Source: Takakia lepidozioides (Eukaryota > Plantae > Bryophyta). Taken from it: DNA of 64,000 bases. The stretch covers positions 46,996,001 to 47,060,000 of the forward strand of contig CM060731.1 in NCBI GenBank assembly GCA_030704615.1. Reading direction: 5' to 3'. The notes beneath the pieces were generated by a model. The model made no database searches and was not told the DNA's origin. It saw only the letters and a list, made by a program, of their open reading frames with translations. A program made the translations under genes and the position numbers. Positions 61,605-64,000 of this stretch are shown in pieces; positions within the stretch are counted from its first letter, which is position 1; each line of letters opens with the position of its first letter.

Positions 61605-63762
61605 GGATGACCCAGCTCTTTTTTTGTGAAAAATTGAACATAGTTCTCAGAATTTGTTGCTAGTAGTGCGGAGCAACGCGAAGCCCTAGTTAGATAGGCA
61701 GGTTGGTTTTTAATAGAACTTGATGGACTTATCGGTTAGTGATTTCGCTTGCACATTCGAGGTTGGGGTTTCAAATCCCAATGGCCATACTGCTTTCCTG
61801 TAGTTAGCTTTGATTCTCTTCTTTTATTTTGGTTATATTAATATTGTTTGTTGGGCTAATCTTTTTCTTTAGAATGATCTAATTGATTATATATTCTTGA
61901 CTCACCTAAATTAATGGGGACTAGTAAAAACTAAATAAATAAATATCGTTATCTTTTAAATATATACATAAAATTATTTAAAAAGAAAAAAAAATAAAGT
62001 TGGTTAGTTGAAATTAATTTTTGTTGTTTACTTAGTAACTAATATTTACACTAGAATATCTCTCATCTAAAATAACCATAATACTTTATACCGAGGGTAA
62101 TTATACATTCGCAGTACTTATTTTTGGACTATTGTTTCCGTAAATACGTCAATGAGTTAGTACTAACTGTTGGTTACAAATTACAAACGCAAACACTTAT
62201 AACATAGAAAATTTATAAATCCACACTAGCAGCACCCTTGGGGCTAGGCGGCGCCTTCGGGACCTAACCTAGCTCTGTCTAACACGAACCCTAAATTAAG
62301 TATGCAATCGTTAACCCTTAAACGCCCAGTGCCATAGTTTGACTTTTTAAGAAAACATGACCCCTTAAGTGAAAAAAAGGTGTAACTTTCAGAAATTAAC
62401 TTTTTAAAGAACTTGACCGCACATTAGGTGCGTACCTTCCTCCTGCATCCACCTGCCGAATTTGAGGCCAATCAGCCCCAGATCCACAAAATGCCACCGT
62501 TGAATGTGGGCCCCATTATTGGGGCACTTTTGAGAAACATATCTATTTTTGGTAATTTTTTAAAGATTTGAGTGGCGGGATCAAATGGGATTGAGGCGAA
62601 ATTAGCAGGGTTTCATCCTCTTGAGATCCCTCATCCAACAAGCCAAAAAGTATCCAATTTGGCCAATGCATCTGATGTTGCCACTTGGTCAAACCTGGGA
62701 AAATCCCATGTTTCTCTCCCTCTCTCACACACGTGTGAAGAATGAAACAACGAAAATTACCTTTATCAAATCGTGACCCCCCTGCTTGCGTGATGAGACC
62801 ACTTTGCAACTTGGCAAATCCGAGGCAATCGGGCAATGAATCTTGGTGTGCCAGGTGCCCAAGAACACTATATTTTTTTTTTCACACAATTCCATGGAGA
62901 ATGCAAAAAGTTATTCAGATTTTTTTAAACCCAAAAGCCCGAAATGGGCTACTGGGCGTTTAAGGGTTAATGGGGAACATTAATGGTTGACAGATGACCC
63001 CGGAAGTAGTTTCTTTATTGAAGAAATTGGGTTTGAAAGATCTTCTGCGTCAAGGCTGACTTTGCATCACCGGGAATTAATGATTGAGTTTGTTAACAAT
63101 TTCGATTCCGTGACAGACACTACTATAGTGAAGGGTGTGGTTATACGACTCACTCCAGAGAAGCTACAAGAAGTTTTTGAGCTGTCAGTGGGGAAACAAC
63201 CTGATATGGAAGGACTGGAGGAATTACAGATTGCAGACCTGTTTGAGAAGGGAGTTTTTTCTGCTACTCAGGATACACATGCATGAAGGCAAAGTATTCT
63301 AGTCTGAGAGAGGTGGGTCAAGTACTTAATGTTCTATTTAACATGAAGCTCAGACCATTCTACAGTTGCAATTGGTTCTTCAAAACATGAATGACACTGT
63401 TGAGAAGGCTAAGGCAGGACAAAATTAGCTAACCGTGTGATGGGTACTTTTGCTGCATTGGTTAATTCTTACAAGACCAGAATGGAAAGCTTACAACGCC
63501 TGGTGAAGGCATTCCATGCGAAGAGGAGCAAAAACTGAGAAGTTCTACTCGTCAGCAGGTCGATGATCACATTCTTCAGCTAAGGTCGAACGGCAAGCCG
63601 GTGGATGGCAAGGTACCTCGCAAATTGACTAGGGAAGAAATCACAGATTTCCAACAGCAAGTGCAGGCCATTGCCACCAGTACTATTGACGGAGTCTATA
63701 GTACAATAGCTGATTTGCAGGAAGACATGGACACTCTTCAGATTCAAGTGGATGAATTAATT
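61605..63762 (+). mobile_element. Upstream region and internally deleted accessory ORF of the probable retroelement
   Basis: 61605-63347 is an inverted copy of 19153-20892. 63348-63760 is an inverted copy of ~52165-52575. Confidence 0.65.
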
Positions 63763-64000
63763 CAGGGTATTGGCAATAGAGGCAATTGCTATGAGGGTGG
63801 TTTGGCAGGATATGATGAATTAATTGCAGCTGTGGGTTAGGTAGTATTAAGCAGTGAGATATGTAGGAAACCAGATTTGAGAAGGTCGTGGTGGCAGTGT
63901 TTATAGGCCACTTTGATGTGGTGGCATTGCAACTTCCTGCCAGTATGTCAGTACTCTTTTGAGTCCCCTGAAGCATTAATTCACACGCCTGACGAAGATT

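Overview
Eukaryotic nuclear DNA, most likely from a non-seed land plant (inferred from spliceosomal introns, a PPR-DYW gene, a plant-type eIF4E and an F-box gene). Most of the window is a patchwork of truncated transposon pieces: Ty3/gypsy, Ty1/copia, a Helitron helicase-Ulp1 fragment and LINE 3' ends. A small host-gene island sits at about 39.7-45.4 kb. The main finding is a Mutator-like (MULE) DNA transposon lineage present as five partial copies from three diverged subfamilies: A (3.8-7.4, 22.5-30.1, 54.8-59.0 kb), B (7.4-16.8 kb) and C (30.8-35.2 kb). Pieced together across copies, the element carries a GCM-like/DDE/SWIM transposase head-to-head with a multi-exon cargo gene. The cargo encodes a ParB/Srx-like N-terminal domain (DGNHR) and a C-terminal beta-class N6A/N4C DNA-methyltransferase-like domain. 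Each subfamily has its own palindromic DNA motif, amplified mainly in introns and intergenic DNA: dispersed GAAGTC-N6-GACTTC in A, a 21 x 116-bp hairpin array in B and a 7 x 95-bp double-palindrome array in C. A variable poly-G tract lies just upstream of the MTase catalytic motif. All copies here are damaged or truncated, and all domain calls come from motifs recognised by eye, not from database searches.
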